DNA of 64,000 nucleotides from contig OZ024756.1 of the NCBI GenBank assembly GCA_964016885.1, positions 36,332,001 through 36,396,000 of the forward strand. The letters run 5' to 3'. The position numbers and the translations under genes were made by a program. This stretch comes from Eledone cirrhosa. Its lineage: Eukaryota. The notes below the pieces were generated by a model. The model was not told the origin of the DNA and searched no databases. It was given only the letters and a program-made list of their open reading frames with translations. Positions 26,815 to 41,037 of the stretch are shown here, one piece after another; position 1 is the stretch's first letter; each line of letters starts with the position of its first letter.

Positions 26815-28484
26815 TATCTATCTATATATATATATATATATACATATATATACACAAACATACACAAGTGTGTATATATACACACTCACATACATATATA
26901 TATATATATATACGTATATATTATATTTAGACTATATATAGATAGTATGCCTAGTAAGATCCTTATCCAGCCTAGTTCTGGACAATTTAATAGAAAATAC
27001 TACATGTAGACATATAAACCTAATGGTCAAGTTTAAACTACTTTGGTTGTTGAATGGAAATATATCTAACATTCAACCAAAGCCCCACATATCTGGGCCC
27101 TTGAGTATGGTAAGAAATTACTTTGATTTAATATGTATTTTAGTAATACATAAAATATTGATAATATTTGATCTAAATAGGGCAAATTTAGACAGATTTG
27201 TGTTCATGTTTATGAATATATTTTATTTCTATAAATTCTATTTATAATGCATGTTATCATACATCTGATAGATGATGGGGCATTATTAATATATATAAAG
27301 CAAATTTAGTGACAAACTGCAGTTCGTTTTTTTTTTTTTTTCCTTTCTTAACTTTGAACGTCCTGTTTCACATGAAGTTGCATTGCAAACTATAGCTGAA
27401 ATGTACAAAATAGCGCTATAACTATATCACATTAAACATTAACGTCTTTACTCTAGTACAACACATTTTTACAACGACCAGTCCACTGGTAAAAATACTA
27501 TAAACATTTGAATTAACAACCCATTTTTAGACATTTTCTGCTAATTCACGAAGGGCTAAGAGTCAATGTAACGTCGTGAGAGAGAGATTTGCTTTTAAAA
27601 TGGGAAATCATGTGAATGTGTGAACAAGTTTTCAATAATATTAAAACAGGATTTCTTATGTAAGTATTATGAACTGTGTGGTAATATCACTTTTACAAGT
27701 TGACAGAAGATATATAGAAAAAAATGTTTGTAATAATGAATAAACTCGCATCTAAAAAAAAGATTGCAAACATAAGCTTGTTACGAATTATTATTATTAT
27801 TATTATTATTATCATTATTATTATTATTATTATATATTTTTTCCCGTTTGCCAGAAAAAAAATTCCAAGTTTGTAACAGCAATCGTTATAGCATCGGACA
27901 ACATGCTATGCGGTATTTAGTTACGTTTCTTTCGGTTGAGTTCAAATCCCGTCGAGGTTAAATTTGCCTTTCATCCTTACATGCTCGATAAAATAACGTA
28001 CCAGTTGATTTAATCAACTTTCCCTCTCTCAAAATTGTTGGCCTTGTGCCTAAATCAAAAACCATTATTTTCATATATTTTTTTCCCCTGTTTGCCACAA
28101 AAGAAATTTCCAAGTTTGTAACAGAAATTGATGAACATTAAATTATCTGAAGATTTGGATTTGTTAATTAGCTGTGATAATTAACTATTGATTATTTGGT
28201 TATTTAAACACAAAACTCCTTCAAGAATAAGTTGGTGGATTGGCAGAATCGTTTTAGCATTGGACAAAATGCTTTGCCATACTTACTAGTTATGGCTCGT
28301 TACGTTCTAAGGTCGACATTGCCTCAGAACCTGGGGTGGGTGGGTGGGTGGGTGGGGGGGTTATAAAAGTCAAGTACTGCGGTCGATATAATCTGCTTAC
28401 CTTGTGCCTGAATTAAAAACCCTTATATCTTCTCAGAATATGAAACATACTTCTCAGAAGAGAGAAATAGCAATATAAAATAAA

Positions 28485-28780
28485 TAATTGTTTCTACTTT
28501 TGGCACAAGGCTAGCAATTATCCCAGTGTATTACTGGTACCTTATTTAATCGACCTCGTAAGGTTTCTTATATAGGCACAAGGCCATCAATTTGGGGAGA
28601 GGGGAAAGTCGATTAAATCCGCCCCAGTGCGTGACTGGTACTTTATTTTGTCGACCTCGTAAGGATGAAAGGCAAAGTTAACCTCGGCGAGATTTGAACT
28701 CAGAATGGAAAGAGCCGTAAAGTCTTTGCTGCAAAGTTTGTTCTCCGACGCTCTACCGATTCTGCCAATCCACCGTCCTC
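28485..28780 (-). mobile_element. tRNA-derived SINE with a second tail
   Basis: Same family, long-tail variant plus an adjacent short-tail fragment. Confidence 0.75.
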
Positions 28781-29065
28781 AATAATAAGCAGACACTATT
28801 TTTTGTTGCTAAACATTACATATTATTAAAATATGCTCTCTTGGCAAAATATAGCCAAAAGTTGTTTAAATTAAATATACCAGACCAGAAATTTGTGGGG
28901 AAATAAATATGTAAAATTATTAAAAAAATAGACGTCTGTGCCTTAAAAAAAATGAATACATTTGAATTGCAATAATAATGACGTATATTATCAAATTAAA
29001 ATAACTTCCCCACGCTCACGTACACATATATTATATATAGATGTGTATATATGTATGTGTGTATA

Positions 29066-29144
<79 letters not shown>

Positions 29145-29837
29145 ATATATATATATGTGTATGTATATATATATATGTGTATGTATATATATATATATGT
29201 GTATGTATATATATATGTATGTGTGTATATATATATATTATATATATAAAGTGCTTATCTGCATGGATAAGCAGACCTAATCCCTTTGGAAAATGTTTCA
29301 TTCAAACTATAACCCGATACTGCCTTACTACATTATGACACACACACATATATATATATATACATATATACATGTATATATATATATATATGTGTGTGGG
29401 TGTTTATGCATATATATTGTTTATAGATATATATAAATGCATAAATATATATATTATGCATACACACACAGACATATATATATATTTATACACACATATA
29501 CAAACATATATATATATATACACACACACACACGTAATATCATTTACTTTAGTGTTGTTTTGTTAATTATATTATTATCTTCCTTTAGCTAATAAAACAA
29601 GAAACAATCAATAAAACGATACGAAGTGTGTTCTATTTTTTTTTTTCTTTGCATGTTTACTGGATACTTTGTTGTGTAAGAAATGTGTAATATGGAAAGC
29701 ATTTGAAAAAATTATATGATATACAACAGAGCTTTTCAATGTGGGAACTACTGCCCCACCAGGGGGCGTTGAGAAGGTCCAGGGCGACGCTGGGGCCTAA
29801 GTGTGCGTTGGGAGGGCGGTAAAGATGATATATATAT

Positions 29838-29980
29838 TTAATATAGAAATGGCTTCTACGGGACTAGAACTGTTTCATTCGAAGGAAAAAGCTCTAGTTC
29901 TAGCCCTGTAGAAGCTATTCCTTTATTAAATATTTATACCCTGCTCTGTATTGATAACCTTACTGTAGTTACCTCCTAGT
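29838..29980. mobile_element. Family B insert, fold-back remnant
   Basis: ggcttctacgggactagaac...gttctagccctgtagaagc inverted pair plus the family tail, in a TA tract. Confidence 0.6.
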
Positions 29981-29983
29981 ATG

Positions 29984-30057
<74 letters not shown>

Positions 30058-30718
30058 TGTGCCGAGCAATTAATTGCCTTCAAAATATCACAAGATCGTT
30101 CAGGTAGCGGCGGCACGTTTAACTCTCTCTTTGTTTTCAGGTTTACGTATTTCTTAACTTGTTTTTGTTATTTCCACCACCCCTCTTTCTAAATCCCTCC
30201 TTCACAGAACATTACATACAGTCAAGTACTTATACGAATGAATTGTCTGACTTCTTCTTCTTCTTCTTCTTCTTCTTCTATTATTTTCATTAGTAATATT
30301 AGTATCTTGCAATTTATCTTCTCCCACATTACCTCATCACTCCTTCTCTATATCCCCACTCTCTATTCGAACCTGTTTCTCTTGCTCCCCATTCTCCCCC
30401 TCCCTCCCTCTCCACGTCCATATTGCTGCTAGTTGCGTCAGAATCTCTAATGAGCCGGATAATCTCAAAAAATCCGGATGTTTCCCACCGGTTGAATCAA
30501 CTTCCTTTCATTAATAAAAACACATCAGACATCACACTGTAACATGCAAAAGTTATTTACATATCGTTCTCGCTGTAACTTTTTCACACCTATATATATA
30601 TATGTGTGTGTGTGTATATATCTATCTATCTATATATATATATGTATATATATATGTGTGTGTATATATATATATATATATATACATATATATACTACAT
30701 ACCACATGGGTGTCTGTG

Positions 30719-30790
<72 letters not shown>

Positions 30791-30839
30791 TGTATATATA
30801 TACACACACATATATATATACATACATATATATATATAT

Positions 30840-31900
30840 CCCATAAGTAATGTTTTCAGTAGTATGTTCTGGAGAGATAAAAACAGCAAGTTACTCACTA
30901 ATTTAATCAAATATATACTCCCATCTAAATCAATAGCATTCTTCCAACGCCGTAAAAACTTTCTTATGCCATTCCATTAGATATCAGACGGTTTTGAGGA
31001 GAAAAAGTCACGTACGTTCATTTCAAGTGTCTCTAAATTATTGTGCTCTATTCCATTGATAACATGTTGCAGACTTCAGAATAAATGATAATCTGAAGCA
31101 GCAAGTTCATGAGAACCAAGATCCTAAGTTTTCGAATATGTAAGTCGTGAGATCGGTCGTTGCCGCCATAACACCTTTTCGATTGACTACAGAGTACCTT
31201 TATTCTTTCAATGTTTCATTCAATCGATCGAGTTGTTCTCAGTACACTTGAGCTCTGATTGTCTGGTCATGTGCCAAGGTTTCAAAATATATTACACCCA
31301 TCATATACTTAACAAAACCTGCTGAGGATGAAGATCTTGTTTCGGGTGAGGTTTTGTTTGTCGTCCTGATTGAACCCATTGGCGTTTAACATTCTTACAG
31401 AGTATCCAGTTTTAATCACCGGTTACTAGACAGATAAAAAAACGAAGACTTACACTTTCGAGAATGCAGAGTAGTGCACATGTTGACGCGTTCACTTAAA
31501 TTGTTTTCAATCAGTTCATGTGAAACCCACATGCCAAGCTTAGACACAATTCCAAGTTCCTGCAAATGGCGATTAACAGTTGATGATATTGAAGTGACCT
31601 TTTCTGTTAACCTTTTAACAGTTGCATGGTGGTTATTTCAATAGCGACTTTGGGCATATCATTATCACAGTGCTCTGCCAATTTTCCACCTCAAAATTCC
31701 CCTGTCAAAATTTATTGAAACATCGTTGGCATTTACGGATCATCAAAATCATTTCCATACGCTTTTTGCACATTTTTTTATAGAATTCATAGTATTGTTG
31801 CATTTTTTTAAACTGGTAAAGTACGAGGTGTCTTTTGAGCACTTCTGTGACTCCTATTTTTATGAAGGAATATAGAAGCAACAAATTAAAACATATAAGT
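30840..31900 (-). pseudogene. Degenerate mariner transposon with a disrupted transposase
   Basis: The - strand gives WVSHEL (31512-31529, cf. WVPHEL), LVTGD*NWI (about 31420), EQLDRLNETLKE...VNRKGV and LAASDYHLF*SLQH (about 31090, cf. YSPDLAPSDYHLF). Many stops and frameshifts. Confidence 0.85.
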
Positions 31901-32668
31901 CTGTACACCGGAAACTATCTCATTGAAACTTTGCTCTCTACTCATTATTTATACAGCTGTAGAAAAATCTTGTTTAGATATGCAGGAACATGTTTTAACA
32001 AATATAGTGAAAAAAACGACATTACTTAAAAAATTTCCCTAAAAAAAATTCTCATTTTTTAATATCTTTTTAATATCTTTTAAAAAATTTGAGCAAGATG
32101 TTTTCGAAAAAGATTTCAGCAAAATTCTACCCCGCCCACATATTTTCGAAACATTTTCTCTATTTTTTCAAAAATTTCCTCAAACTTTTCCCCCCAATTT
32201 TCCTTAAAGCGTTCCTCAACATTTTCTAATATTATTATTTCAACAACAGTGATGGATTAGCAGTATCGGTAGGGCAGCAGGCAACATGCTTTGCAACATA
32301 TACTTTTCACAAAAAGTTTCAACGAATATTCTCTCAATTTTATTAACAAAAATACTTTCAAAAGTTTAGAATTTTCTTAAGATTTTTTTTCTAAAATTTT
32401 ACTGAAAATTTTAAGAAAATGTTCCATGATAATTATAAACAATTATAGCGCTTCATTTTCAAACATTTTTCTCAAAATTTCAAATATTTTCCTAAAAAAT
32501 TCTAAAAGATTTTCTTCAAAATTTTTCAAATATTTTCTATAAATTTTTCTTTGAGATTTCATCAAAATGTTTTTGAGAAATTTGCACTAAAAATTATCTC
32601 AAAACACCGGGAATCGAACTCGCTACCTTGCAAACTGAACACCCTAACAAATAAGCCACGCACCTTCA

Positions 32669-32779
<111 letters not shown>

Positions 32780-33411
32780 ACATGTTCGTAGAAGGAAGTC
32801 ATTTATTCAGCTCAGGTTATTTTTTTCAAAATGTCGCTCACACCTACCTCTTCATTCACACACCCCAATTTATACATTTATTTATTTACCTTTAACACGA
32901 CTAAATGTCGCTCTTTGTTTCTCTTGTCAGAAGATCGTAATAAATTGTTGCCAATCATTCCACCCCTCCACCCGAAATGCCAAACAACAATCTCAAATAT
33001 TCGCTGATTTCCAGAAAGTTCTTTTTAACTTTAACTGGCCGTGATTTATAACCTCCTTCCGTGACATTCTGGCTTCCACCCTTTATACTGAGAACTGGGG
33101 AAATAAATGTTTCACTTACAAAACAACCCAAAGATGTAAGCTACGGTTTCTATTACCTACGTAGTATACGCCCTACAGACTGTTATGGACATCACAACAC
33201 CCTTCCATTTGCAGGCTGACCGTCAAAGCTGAACAATTAAGGAGTAGCATTATTTATCCGGTTTTCGTTTATAACGCATGCGTTACCTGAGTGTAAACAG
33301 GAAGCTTCCAGGTTTCAGACAGGAAGAATCCATAAAAAAAAAAATATATTGTATATATACACACATACAATATTTATATATGTGTATACAAACACACACA
33401 CATATATATTA

Positions 33412-33485
<74 letters not shown>

Positions 33486-33491
33486 AGAAAG

Positions 33492-33656
33492 TGCGTGGCT
33501 TTGTAGTTAAGGTAAGGTCGTGAGTTCGATTCCCCGCGGCATGTTGTGTCCTTGAGCAAGACACTTTATTTCACATTTCTCCAGTCGACTCAGCTGGCAA
33601 AAATGATTTGTACCTGTAATTGGAACACTCGTCGTCGCAACCGATGGAGTGCCTTC

Positions 33657-33660
<4 letters not shown>
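33492..33660 (+). mobile_element. Third SINE family (tRNA head plus gtgtccttgagcaagacact)
   Basis: A box tggctttgtagttaagg, B box gagttcgattcc, CORE/V-like motif. Confidence 0.55.
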
Positions 33661-33727
<67 letters not shown>

Positions 33728-34238
33728 AGTATGTTTTGAAACAGTGAGCAGGTTTGAAATTAGAAAATATATAGCTTTCACCGTATTTTTGACTAAAGGA
33801 ATTTTAGCCTGATAATGGGGTTTAGAACCCTCAGATAAATGGAAAAAGAGGAGTATTGACGTACATATATATATATATACTCACACAATAAATAGCAATA
33901 TACCACTTACTATCGGTGTGTGTCTGCCAGTTGTTTGTAAAAATAAAATCTTAACATTATCTTTAATATTGATCGATAGTGATAAAGTAAGGACACTTGA
34001 GAATGTTAGATATATCGAGGTAAGTGCCAAGTAGTACTACTGAGGATTGCAGAAGATAAAAGATAGATATATATATCTTGTGGTAGGTGACAAGGGAACT
34101 GATGGAATATGGGAAAATCCCAGGAAGACGAGGTTTCAAATTCAGTAATCTTCTCCGCTATATATATATATATAGTTATATATGTATATATATATACATA
34201 TATATATACATATATATATATATATACATATATATATG

Positions 34239-34325
<87 letters not shown>

Positions 34326-34465
34326 GTATATGAAGGACCACTTTATTCATATATATATATATATATATTGTGTATGTAAATGTAAATATGTATACTATTT
34401 TAGTGGTATATATATATATTATATATTTTATATATATATATATACCTATAAATATATATATCTAG

Positions 34466-34504
<39 letters not shown>

Positions 34505-34617
34505 GGTATATATGTACGTATATATATATATACGAAGATACATAAACATATAAACAGATACATATGCATATATATATATATTTATATACACACACACATA
34601 TACACAAACACACACAA

Positions 34618-34683
<66 letters not shown>

Positions 34684-35063
34684 GGGAGAATGGGTGAGAG
34701 GGAGAATGAAAGAATGTGAAAAAATACAAATACTATAAACTTATAAACGTGTGTAAGTTTGTGCATTTTCTATTTGTTTTTAAATCCTCGAAATACTGGT
34801 TTGTGAAGGGGGGGGGGGGGTTACAGTCAATTACCTGAGTAACATTGTGTTAGCGGTAGTTACTTGATCTAGAATTATGGTACAGCAGGGATCAAAGCAT
34901 GAGTTGAGCACCGGTGGGATTTGAACTCACAAACATGACATACCAATTAAAATACCGGATTTTACACACAGTCATTTAACAGACAGACTTAAAAGAAACA
35001 CACACACATATACAAATACGTAAACACACACACTCACACAAGCACATAAACACACTCTCTCAT

Positions 35064-35133
<70 letters not shown>

Positions 35134-35559
35134 GCACGCGCACATATAGGTACGCACTTGTGCGCACACACAACAGATATGCACACATACAGGCTCATAC
35201 ATGTATACACACTCAAAAACACACACATACACAAACGAATGTATAAACTTACACAAACAGACATTAATATAATACATTTGAGTGTATATACATGTATACT
35301 TGTAAGCATACATCCGTACATACATATGTACATGTTATGTAGAGATAGATGGGAGAGATAGATATAGATATAGAGAGGGGGGAGTTTAGTGGTAATTGAT
35401 ATAGAGAGGGTGATTAAAAGAGAGTTGCGTGTAGTAGATATAAAAAGGGGGAGAGTTTGGTGTTAATTGAAAAAGATCGATAGAGCAGGACTTACGAAAA
35501 AGGATTAAAAAACGATGGAGCGAGGATGGAGAAAGTAAACTAACACGAAATAGAAGATT

Positions 35560-36040
35560 AGCGTCATACGAATCATCAGCTTCCTCCAGGGCTAACATAG
35601 TTTCTCGCCTGTGGTCAAGTCGATAGCAGCATAAGATACTGAAGTCGCCAAATATAACGAAATCGCCGTCTGCCAGGACATTCCGTACGAGGTTGTGAAA
35701 ATCAGTATAAAACTTGTTCCTTTTTCTGCAGGAACCACTTGAAGAGTGTGGTATGTAGGATGTTGTTGGTTCAGTTTTATTTTTTTTTTAAACTCAGAAG
35801 CAATTGTTTTTCTTATCATAAATATCCAACGCCAGAAAGACGTCCACCAGTCTCTGTCTTGCCAGACAGATAGACGCCATATTGTCTAAGTCTGTTTGTC
35901 TCTCTCGGAGGTAGACTTCACAAATAGCAGCGATGTGTCAACATTCAGCTTCGAGCGATCAAATGCAACAAGTTTGAAACGTTGTAGTGTCGTTCTACTT
36001 GATCCTTACCTGCTGTGTTGAGTAGGGTTCCAACGTTCAA
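35560..36040 (-). pseudogene. LINE apurinic-endonuclease domain remnant
   Basis: The - strand gives fragments NVGTLLN, KLNVD, SGKTETGGRLSGVG and IRKTIASEF, resembling RTE APE motifs (WNVRTL, LNIDI, GVGF). Frameshifted. Confidence 0.6.
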
Positions 36041-36158
36041 GAATGCGTGATACAAGTGTGCACATTTTCTTTGTTGTTGTTGTTGTTGTTGTCGTTATTG
36101 TTGTTGTCGTTGTTGTTGTTGTCGTTGTTATTTCTTCTGATGTTGTTGCTGATGTTAG

Positions 36159-36189
<31 letters not shown>

Positions 36190-36750
36190 AGTGTTGTTGT
36201 TGCCGTTGTTGATGTTAGTGTTGTTGTGGATGTTGTTGCTGATATTTGTGTTGTTGTTGATGTAGCTGATGTTAATGTTGTTGTAGGTGATGTTGTTGTT
36301 CCTGTTCTTGTTGTTGCTGTAGTTTCTGTTTGTTTCGTTCCTTGGTCAATGAAATAAATTACTTTTTACCACCAAAGTTTGTATATTTTCCTCTATAATA
36401 TTCACTCTAAATATATGCATACAAAATACTATGTGTTTCTCACAGGATATATGCTTCTTTTTTGTATTATCTTTCCATATATCTTTTAAATTTAAATAAT
36501 TGATGCTCTGAACTAAGGTCCATTGAGCGTTTTTATTGAGAAAGATGATCATCATTTACTTTAATATGTATTGAAACCTTAACATAGTATATAACTACTC
36601 AAAATGTATTAATGTGTTGAGTTGCATTGGTTTTTCGGAGCTATTTCTAGCCCCTGTTACGTCCAGATAGAGAGAAGGAGATAGAGAGAGAAGGAGAGAG
36701 ATAGAGAGAGAAGGAGATGGAGAGGAGAGGGAGGGAGAGATAGTAAAAGA

Positions 36751-36808
<58 letters not shown>

Positions 36809-36900
36809 AATAAATATTTGCTCTACGGTTCTTATATATCTGATATATATTTATCCTCATCGAGCTCTCTTTGGATTTTAGTCTTCAAATTTATTATTAT

Positions 36901-36951
<51 letters not shown>

Positions 36952-37109
36952 GAGAGAGAGAGAAAGAGGGGGGTAACTGGAAGATTATAAACAGTTTGGA
37001 TATTGTGAATAGGGAGAAAAAGTATTTAAAAATATCATGTAAGTGTTGTAGTAGAGTATCAATATCTACATCTGACAACAATCTTTCATACGTATATATA
37101 CACATATAC

Positions 37110-37901
37110 GTCCTGATGATTTCTAACAAGAATGAAACGCGTAGATTACTTCCCTTGCTTTTATCGAGAATCTAATTGTAATACGTGACGTATTCTATTC
37201 TATAGCGATTAGGTCTTCAAAATGTTTATTATAAACATACAGAATATTTTCGAATATTCTATGTCTATATTCACATATATATCGCTATTTCAGAGCATTT
37301 ATTCCAATTTCTAATTTCTGCCGGACCGGCAACCGCTCTTTCAAACCAGTTCCTGTACACAGCTAAGTATTCTATAAGTCTCTAGCTGTGTCATTCTCGA
37401 TAAAAGCACTGGATATGTAGTCCTGATGATTTCTAACAAGAATGAAACGCGTAGATTACTTCCCTTGCTTTTATCGAGAATCTAATTGTAATACGTGACG
37501 TATTCTATTCTATAGCGATTAGGTCTTCAAAATGTTTATTATAAACATACAGAATATTTTCGAATATTCTATGTCTATATTCACATATATATCGCTATTT
37601 CAGAGCATTTATTCCAATTTCTAATTTCTGCCGGACCGGCAACCGCTCTTTCAAACCAGTTCCTGTACACAGCTAAGTATTCTATAAGTCTCTAGCTGTG
37701 TCATTCTCGATAAAAGCACTGGATATGTAGTCCTGATGATTTCTAACAAGAATGAAACGCGTAGATTACTTCCCTTGCTTTTATCGAGAATCTAATTGTA
37801 ATACGTGACGTATTCTATTCTATAGCGATTAGGTCTTCAAAATGTTTATTATAAACATACAGAATATTTTCGAATATTCTATGTCTATATTCACATATAT
37901 A
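37110..37901 (+). mobile_element. Tandem 310-bp hammerhead-ribozyme repeat (non-LTR retrozyme or Penelope-like pLTR array), about 2.5 copies
   Basis: Units start at 37111, 37421 and 37731 and appear identical. Each carries CTGATGA-stemII-GAAA-CGCG-TA. Flanked by (TA/CA)n. Confidence 0.85.
37393..37481 (+). ncRNA. Type I hammerhead ribozyme with minimal palindromic stem III; also at 37113 (5' truncated) and 37733
   Basis: Stem I gtagtc/gattac, core CUGAUGA 37423-37429, stem II TTCT-AACA-AGAA, GAAA, ACGCGU palindrome, GUA cleavage after 37453. Stem I is extended by the 16-bp helix attctcgataaaagca/tgcttttatcgagaat. Confidence 0.85.
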
Positions 37902-38995
37902 CATACATACACACATGTATACATATATATATATACATACATATATACATATATATATACATACATATATACATACATACACACATGTATACATATATAT
38001 ATATATATACATACATATATACATATATATATACATACATACACACATGTATACATATATATATACATACATACATATATACATGCATATATACTTACAT
38101 ACACACATATATACATACACAAACATACATCCATACATACATGTAGACATACATACATATATACATACACAAACATACATCCATACATACATGTAGACAT
38201 ACATACATATATACATACACAAACATACATCCATACATACATGTAGACATACATCCATACATACATACATATATACATACACAAACATACACACACATAA
38301 ATAACATGCATACATAATACATACTTAACATGCATACACCATTCCTCCAGCCATACACACATAATACACACACACACACACATACATATACACACACATA
38401 CACACATACACACATACATACATACACACACACATCCATACACACATACACACATACATACATGCATACACACATACACACACATACATACACACATCCA
38501 TACACACATAATACATACATGCACGCATACACACATACAAACATACATACACACACACATACACACACACACATCCATACACTCATAATACAAACACACA
38601 TAATACATACATGCATACATACATACACACATACATACATACACACACATCCATACACACATAATACATACACACACATACATACACACATACACACATA
38701 CACATACATACACACACACACACACACACATACAGATACACACGTACATACATGTTCAAATAGAGGTACCTATATATACACCCGCTCGTCTGTGAGCATA
38801 TGGTAATATGCCATATAGTTGTTATGAATGTATAAGTTGTTTAACAGATGTTAGGTATTCATACTAATATATACATGAAGTGACGGCGTTGGCTGGTGAG
38901 ATCGGCAGGGGAGGTAACTAGTAAAAACATTAGCAAAAACAAAAAAAAAAAAGAAACACGAACAGCAGCAGCAACAGCAACAACAACAACAACAA

Positions 38996-39042
<47 letters not shown>

Positions 39043-39680
39043 ACAGCAACAAAAGCAACACTGACAGTCGTAACATTCACAACAACAGCAATACTAACAT
39101 CAACCACAACAAAAGCAGCAACAGCAACAACAACAACAACAACAATAACAGCCGCAACAACGACAACAACAACAACAACAACAACAGCAGCAACAGCAAC
39201 AGAAACAACAACAACAGCAACACTGACAGTCGTAACATTCACAACAACAGCAATACTAACATCAACCACAACAAAAGCAGCAACAGCAACAACAACAATA
39301 ACAGCCGCACCAACAACAACAACAACAACAACAGCAGCAACAGCAACAGAAACAACAACAACAGCAACACTGACAGTCGTAACATTCACAACAACAGCAA
39401 TACTAACATCAACCACAACAATAACAGCAACGGCAACAACAACAACAACAACAACAGCAGCAGCAACAACAAAAACAACATCAACAAACAACAATAGCAG
39501 CAACAACCAAGCAGCAGCAGCAGCAGCAACAGCCATTTCTATATCAAATAATTGTTTCTATTTTAGGCACAAGGCCAGCAATTTGAAGGGGAAAGGAAAG
39601 TCGATTAAATAGACCCCAGTGCATTACTGGTACTTTATTTTATCGACCCCGTAAGGATGAAAGGCAAAGCTAACCTCGGC

Positions 39681-39725
<45 letters not shown>

Positions 39726-39797
39726 TATATGTGTGGGCGCCTTCTTGTCTCTCTGCCTTTTCAGCCCCATGGATTATATTCCTTTGTTAAATTTCGA

Positions 39798-39861
39798 ATA
39801 CCTGATGATGTCACCAGATTCATACTGAACACGGTCGTTGAAATGTTCATAGTATAATAAA
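39798..39861 (+). ncRNA. Probable Penelope-type minimal HHR
   Basis: atac CTGATGA ... GAAA TGttCA TA|gtat, followed directly by AATAAA. Stem II is irregular. Confidence 0.5.
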
Positions 39862-40045
39862 CCTTTAAGGAATTACACCAGTCCAACCTCCTGTTATTTT
39901 ATAATAATTAACTCCGTACTCGCACCACCAACTACACAAACGAAGACGGGTGAGTTGCATGACGTCGAGTGCTCTCCCTAATATTACATCAAGGTTGACT
40001 ATACGGAATGACCAGTTTTATCCAGTGGTGAACCAACAAACCTAA

Positions 40046-40119
<74 letters not shown>

Positions 40120-40278
40120 AGGGGATGTATGGTTACTTGATAAAGTATATTTAGAAATAAAAAAAGTGTATTTAGAAATAAAAGGCACCCACAAACGGGG
40201 GACAATCCCTTCACTAGTTGTCTGTTCGAGATCATAGACATTTCAACGCATTAAAGACAATATGTCTAACTCCTCTGC

Positions 40279-40318
<40 letters not shown>

Positions 40319-40476
40319 CAAATTATAAAGTAAGAAGAAGTAATAGACATAGATATATACTTATTTTTCCTTCATATATATATTTATATATATATTTATA
40401 TATATATATATATAAATATATTAAAAAATAAATAAAAGTAATTAAGGCGGGGTTATTTCACCATAAATGTTTTATT

Positions 40477-40527
40477 GCATGATATATATTTCTGTTACAG
40501 GGTTATGCATGAGACTTCATCAGATGC
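40477..40527 (-). ncRNA. Probable Penelope-type minimal HHR
   Basis: The - strand reads gcat CTGATGA agtctcatgcataaccctgtaaca GAAA TATATA TC|atgc AATAAA. Palindromic stem III, weak stem II. Confidence 0.5.
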
Positions 40528-40669
40528 TTATGCAATCATGCAATATTGTGGATGGCTGGATGTTTGCAGTTGTGTGCGTGCACTTGTATACATTATACAC
40601 TAGCTTGTTTTGCAAATGATTAAGAATACTCTCCTTGATTTATGGATCCTTCTAGTACTTTATATCTAT

Positions 40670-40754
<85 letters not shown>

Positions 40755-40859
40755 CATATATATATACATATACATATACATATATATGTACATATACATA
40801 TATATATATATATATGTATACATACATATATATATATATACATATACATATATATATAC

Positions 40860-40916
<57 letters not shown>

Positions 40917-41005
40917 TATATACATATACATATATATACATATACATATATATATATATATATTTATATATATTATATATATATATATTTATATATATAT
41001 ATATT

Positions 41006-41037
<32 letters not shown>

